From NCBI GenBank assembly GCA_000708835.1, contig DF237449.1, forward strand, positions 1 to 64,000: DNA of 64,000 nucleotides, in the 5' to 3' direction. This document shows, piece by piece, positions 58,501 to 64,000 of this stretch. The notes beneath the pieces were generated by a model. That model ran no database searches. It saw only the letters and a list, made by a program, of their open reading frames with translations, and was not told where the DNA came from. Position 1 is the first letter of the stretch; each line of letters begins with the position of its first letter. Both the position numbers and the translations under genes were made by a program. Source of the stretch: Klebsormidium nitens (lineage: Eukaryota > Plantae > Klebsormidiophyceae).

Positions 58501-61500
58501 AGATCATCGCAGCTGTCGCTTCAAGGACGCCGACACCAATGAAACCGGAGGTGATGATCCGGTGTTGTTTTTTCTTGTTCCTGAGTCTTCTAACTCTTAT
58601 TATCCTCAGTGTGTCCATCATGAGCTTTTCGGGCCGAGGCTTCGACTTCTACAGAGCGCCAAGTCATTGACTGGCGTCACTGATATCGGACTGGACGTTG
58701 AGTGCCCCATCTTGAAGTCGCACGGGGTCCTTGCTGAAAGGTATGGCAACCTGGCCGTGAAAACAGCATGTGATTATGCGGAGCCACCCAGAATATGTCG
58801 ACTCCTGAGCCAGCTAATAGGTGGCGAACGTCCAAGCCTTCGTTGGATTGTGCAGCCAACCGATCTCTTGGGAGCTACTCTTCTGTTCGGTTGTGTGGTG
58901 CAAGGTCGTTGATGACAATGATACGCGCTGTGGTCAGACACGAGGCAACCGCATGCCCAAATCTGTCGTTCAGAGGCGCACAGAACGAGCGCAAAGAGTC
59001 TACTTGACAGCATCAAGGTCCTGCACGTCGGGTGGCTGTGTCCAGTCTATATTGTCCGTGTGTGTGATTGCCAGTTTGATTGTTGTGAACGTGGTACTTC
59101 AGGTCCTGGTCTGAGCTACGACAGTTGAAATGTGGACGACGGCTGAAAACACTGTCTGGTTGCTAGATCGTCGAAGTTTGTGACGGTTGGCAGCTCTCCG
59201 GTCAGCCTTTTCCTCGGTTGTGTCAGCAGACAGTATACTGAAACCTCTCAAAGGTGATCCACCAAGTAAACGTGACCGCACGCTCAATTCGTATAACGTC
59301 AACGCGAAGGCAGATCATTATATAAAGATGGGGCACGCATTCGGTGGCACGGAAATTGTATCTGCTTTGCCCCGTAGCAAAGAAACGGCCTCTACTTGCT
59401 TTTTCGTTGATTCTGTGATCAATGCGGTCTTGAGTCCTTTTAACCCTTTTCTGCTCCTCTCTTCCGGGTTGGAAATAAGAGAGATATCAACTTTGATCGA
59501 CCTTCTGTGGCTTGCAAACATGAGCAAAGCGCTGCACAAGGTTCGATGCTCACAATGGGGCCCTGCAGAATTGATGGCGTTGGCAATGATGACAAACCCC
59601 TGGCATTTGTGAAGCCAGGAGTTTTCGGTCATGTGACAGGAAGCCAAAGTCAAGCTTGTCAGGCTACAAGATGAGGAACCGGAGCCGTTACCGTAAGTGT
59701 AGGCTGCGTTGATGGCCTTCTGTCTTTGTTCCAAAACAGCTAAGTTTGTATTCTTGTCCAATGGGGCGAGGAGCAGAGTCCCTTCTACCTCCTTTCTGCT
59801 TAGCTGGCTGGATGCAAAGTATGAGAATAAGAGGGTTTTGAAAGTCTGCGCGTCAGAGAAGTAACACGAGCGCTTAGGGGCCGATGAGGCAATCAGGCCA
59901 TCTCTCTATGTGGAATTGGGCATTGGCTATGACGAAAGGACACTGCGCGTTCTGGGAAACGCGGGATATGTACATGTGTCGCGCTCCGGCAGCTACTTGG
60001 ATGTAGCTCTTGCTTCCTGTATGGAGTTGTGCCTGCCAGCATCGTGAGTCGCTTGCGTCATCATGAACGCCTTCCATGCCCTTGCAAGTGCTTCGCTTTT
60101 GTACTAAAGATCGCCCGAAGCAAAGGCAGTGGGTTGAAGTTTTGGAAGACTTGCGACGAAAAACGGTCATTGGTCGCCTGACAAGCTGGCAACAAGTGCA
60201 GACTGCCTTGGATCAGACTTTGCGAAGCTGTACGACTATGCGCTTATGCAAAGGTGTGCCTGCGTTTTCTAGCCGGTTCCGTCCACTTGAAGCTCACCAT
60301 CGTGAAGAGGACGGGTGTCCAACCATCATAGCTGAAACGTTTTTTCTTGGTTTCTTTCTGACCGTCAAGCATATGTGGCATTGGAATGTTTCTGTTGGAT
60401 TTGCAACTGTCAGAACTGTTGGTGAGTGCAAGACGCCATGTACAAAGTGGGTGCCTACAGTGTTGCAAAATCAGGATTGTCCTTGTTTATTCGCTGCCCT
60501 CGAACGTGCCTTTGGTGATGATCAAAGCACACCATATACTGGTTGTGAAGTTGCCAGGCCTTTTCCAGAGGTGTGTGACGCCAATTTGCTTTTTAAGGTC
60601 TGTCCTTTCATTCCCGCGAGGACGTGATATTAGACTTAAGTTGCAGGGTGTTGTATTCGGAATCTGTGACAAGGTCGGAACACGCAGTCTGGTCATACCG
60701 TCTGTCGGATACCGTTTTAAAAGCCGATTGAAGATATGTCACTCGTGCGGGTCCACAGGTCAGCAAAGATGAGCGCAACTTTGGCTGCTACATAGCCACC
60801 GGATTGTCTCCATCAGAAGTTGAATTTATCTGTTGGGCATGTCTGGTTCATGCGTGAAGTGTCTTGACTTCGTGCTCATTCGGTGGTATGTGGCAAGAAG
60901 TTGTGCGACTGAACGTTAGCAATTGTTTGTCTTCTGAAAGTATGCTCTCACGAGGTTTTTCAATCTTACAACGACCTTTCACCCGCTCAAACAAGTTGAC
61001 GCTTTGCGCATTCCTACCAGTCCGGCAACAAAGAGTAAACCCGTATCGACCTCTGTCTGCATGTGGGCAGCAACTCGGAGGATTGTCATATGCATAAAAC
61101 CTATGCGTTGCCTTCAATCGGCTGTCCTGTTTATGGTAACATTATTCCATCGGATCCGGCAGGACTTGCACTGACTTTCGGTTGAGCATTGGGAGTTTTA
61201 TGATTGCCGCTTAGTTTGGGACTGTGCATGCTGATTGTGCTACCTTTGGCAATGAGGAGCGAGGTCTTGCCACGATAAGGCATCAACATGGAGGTTACGG
61301 AATGCGAAGCTTCGTTCACTGACTCATAATCGCGAAGGCTGCGCACATGACGTTTGATTCTTTACCTTTGAAGCGACATTACATCTGAAAACTTTGTCTG
61401 CTCGCAATCTATCTTTCCTTCTAGCAGTATCTACGTGTTTCGCGCCATCTACGTCGCTAGGACACTACGTGTCCGGTGTGTACACATCCGTTGTGCATCT

Positions 61501-64000
61501 CGCGAAAGAATTGTAAGCCACTTACCTCCGCATCTTTTCCATGTCGCCACGCCACGTTTCGTGGTAAAGTCATTCAAGTGGTCTCAGAAGCGTCTCGCCA
61601 TGCTGAGCGATAGTCCGCTCTCTGCTCCGGTTTGTCGAAGCGTTGTTGGTGATGGCGATGACGAATGTACGTTGGCCAGCTTTTGCAGAGCCAGCAACGC
61701 CTGTCACGGACGCCAGACTTTAAAGTCGGTGACGTCAATCGAGGGTCTTTCAGAATATTTCCCTTTGCCCAGCATTCGCTTTCAAAGCAACGGGAAGCAA
61801 GCGGTTGCGAAGGGTTTGATTTCGCTTTCCCTATGTCACCGATTCCGTGTCCCTGAATTGTCTTTTGTTCCGTGACTGTCTTGCTCGCTTTCAAGGTTGC
61901 GTAGAACCACAGCAGGCTGAGAGAATTTCCTGGGGACGTTTGAGATATTCGGCGCATACGGCGACGTGTGAGCTATTTTAGGATTTTACGGATTTACGGT
62001 TTTGAAAAGCGAAGCGTATGCAGTGATGTGGTCAAAGATGTCGGACGGCCTTGCCTTGTGGGCATAGAGGTACTGTACTGCCTGAGACGCTGGGACGCTC
62101 TACAGGAATATCTGAGGCTCAGGGGCGCTCGTCCACTTTTCCTTTCTTCTGCTTTGGCAGCCGACTCGTTCTTATTTGGGTAGCCCGAAGCACTTCTTCA
62201 ATCTCTCAACAGAAGGATAACGTGTAATGCTGCCACAACAAGCAAGTTGGATGCTTGCCTCGTTGCCGGAGGGAGACTGTTCGTGCACTCCTACCAAACC
62301 GCAACCTAGCAAAGACACGCCTGAAGTCCTATGCTCTGAGAGCAGATGTATACTGAGAAGTATTTGCGGTGCTATAGAAGTCGAGGCATGTAGTGACGAC
62401 TCAGTGAAAGGCAATGACGAAGAAACATGTATAGCACTGGCACAGGTTGCCAACCTCGTTTCGAGATCTGCCGTCCATGCATGTGCTTTCTCTTACTGGT
62501 TGTGAAAGATGCTTGCAATATGCCCGGTACAAATCAAACCGGCGTCCTCAACCACAGTAGACGGAACAGAATCCCGCAAAAAAGTTTCACTTTGAACGGC
62601 TGTAAATTCTCGGTGCAAACTTCTTTTCCGGCAGGTAAAGGGCGTCTTCAAGACCTCATTTTCCAACGGCGCCGCCGCAACGAACGGCGCCCCCAAAACC
62701 GCCCCCCCTGCCGCGCACCGAACTTTGCGCTACGGCGCCGAAGGCCCCGACGTAAAAGCAGTCCAAGCAGAGCTCGAACGCCTCGGCTTCTACTGCGGCG
62801 AAGAAGAAATGGAAGCGGATGCATACGAAGACGGGACCGATACTGCGGTGAAGTCGTGGCAGTGCAGCGTGGGGGTGAGAGAAGACGGAGTCCTGACACC
62901 CGAGCTGCAGGTGCTCCTTCTCGGGGGGGTCGTCGCTGGGGCAAAGCAGGGGGGGGCGGCGGTAACGGAGGCGCGTGTTGAGCAGAAAGACAGAGAGGTG
63001 GAGAGCGAGCGGTTTGCGAGGACGGCGGCAGAGGGGAGCGTGTCTGGGAGCACCCGGCGGGTGTATTTACTAGGGGAGAACAGGTGACTCCGGCTCGACC
63101 GAGATTCCGTGTCCAATAGCCTTTTTGTCCGTGTCTTCACCGCACTCATGCGGCTTAGATGCAAAGGGTTTTTGAGTATGCTCACGTGTCTCTCTTGCTA
63201 CGGGTTCTTCTGCTCTGTGGCCTGTCATTTGGCTGCAGCGTGACAATCATTGAGGGTTTGCCGCTAGTCACCGTATGAGGCGTCGTAAGATCCATCATGC
63301 ACAGGTAGCTTGTGAGCATCTCTATTCCGTTCCGGTAGGACGGTTGGAACCTGTAGTAAGTTTCCATTATACTGTCAAGCAGTCGCATACTCAAATCTTC
63401 AAAGGTTGCGCTCTAAGATCAGCTTTCGAGCTAAGAGAAAAATTCTGCTGATCGACGACGCGTCTCCCACAGGTGGGAGGAGCCAGATCGTCTTGTTCCG
63501 AACAGCGCCAAGGCCATGGCTGTTGGCATGCAAAAGTGCTTCGCTTGCAAGGGGGAGGGCAAGGTCATGTGCACTGGTAAGTGCTCGGTTTCATCGTCCT
63601 TTTCATAGCTGCTTCTGTCCATTACGCAGCGAGTGCGCATGTGGCCTGGGAACGAAGCCTCAATGTTGCGAGCCGCTTTCGCCATTTGAAGGAGGGTCCT
63701 CGGAAGTGGAGGATTTGGGACTCAGCTTGCATGTGGGCCAAACACATCACGCGTAGCCTCTTCAAAAGAAAGTACCAAGTCTTCGTCCGGATTGTCCCGA
63801 ACAGACATGACAGAACGGCAAAGGGTCTCCAGTTCTCAACGCACCTTCTTGAGAGTCCACCGGTGCTTGTTGCCTCTCCGCATTCCAGCCCGTTCTGGTT
63901 CATCCATCAATCTTGGTCTCAATTCTGGTCAATTTTTTTGCGAAGCCGGTCAAGGTTCAGTGAATGCCCGTTTTGTGCCTGCAGAATGCGAAGGAACAGG
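55597..64000 (+). CDS. PTAC5: pTAC5-like plastid protein (coiled coil + peptidoglycan-binding-like domain + DnaJ-type CxxCxGxG Zn finger); runs off the window
   Basis: Exons 55597-55880, 56849-57026, 57736-57939, 58341-58550, 62635-63083, 63473-63576, 63985->64000 with consistent phases. Motifs: WEREERRWEREELRWLREEQRW; LRYGAEGPDVKAVQAELERLGF...TDTAVKSWQ...DGVLTPE (PG-binding-1 like); RVYLLGENRWEEPDRL; KCFACKGEGKVMCTECEGTG. Start codon tentative. Confidence 0.88.
56710..56762 (+). repeat. Degenerate echo of the start of pTAC5 exon 2 inside intron 1
   Basis: AG|GTGGCTCGAGGAGGGATTTCGGTGTGAGCGA-TTGGCCCAAGAACAGG aligns with exon AG|GTGGTTGAAGGAGGAATCGCGGTGGGAGCGG...TGGGCCCAAGAAGAGG located 133 bp downstream. 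Confidence 0.65.

Noticed and set aside
63625-63690. Possible echo of the start of pTAC5 exon 7 (GCAG..GAGTGC...GGAAC...)
   Set aside because: The real exon is visible for only 16 nt before the window ends, so similarity cannot be evaluated.

Overview
Eukaryotic, intron-rich genomic DNA from a streptophyte alga or early plant. GC-rich exons, ~150-500 bp introns and the gene set suggest a Klebsormidium-like charophyte (inference). Host genes: a complete 38-exon callose synthase (17293-35225, minus; ~1910 aa by manual splicing), a pTAC5-like gene (coiled coil + peptidoglycan-binding-like domain + DnaJ-type Zn finger, 55597 to window end, plus), a small single-TM coiled-coil gene (11645-12977), an intronless DUF3405-like type II membrane protein (14420-15982) and a 445-aa uncharacterised ORF (52789-54126, minus). 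The rest is rich in mobile DNA: a young 5'-truncated Ty3/gypsy fragment whose integrase ends in a PHD finger, with an LTR bounded by an identical 73-bp direct repeat; two decayed non-LTR RT elements; a decayed Ty3 RT-RNaseH remnant; a probable CACTA remnant; and two members of a MITE-like family with 5-bp TSDs. The most unusual signal is recurrent 'echo' duplication of [branch point + 3' splice site + exon start] upstream of real exons. One CalS intron holds five copies, each with a G-box-type palindrome at the branch point and two in frame with the exon. Single echoes occur in another CalS intron and in pTAC5. No rRNA, tRNA or CRISPR array was recognised. All coordinates were counted by hand and no database searches were run.
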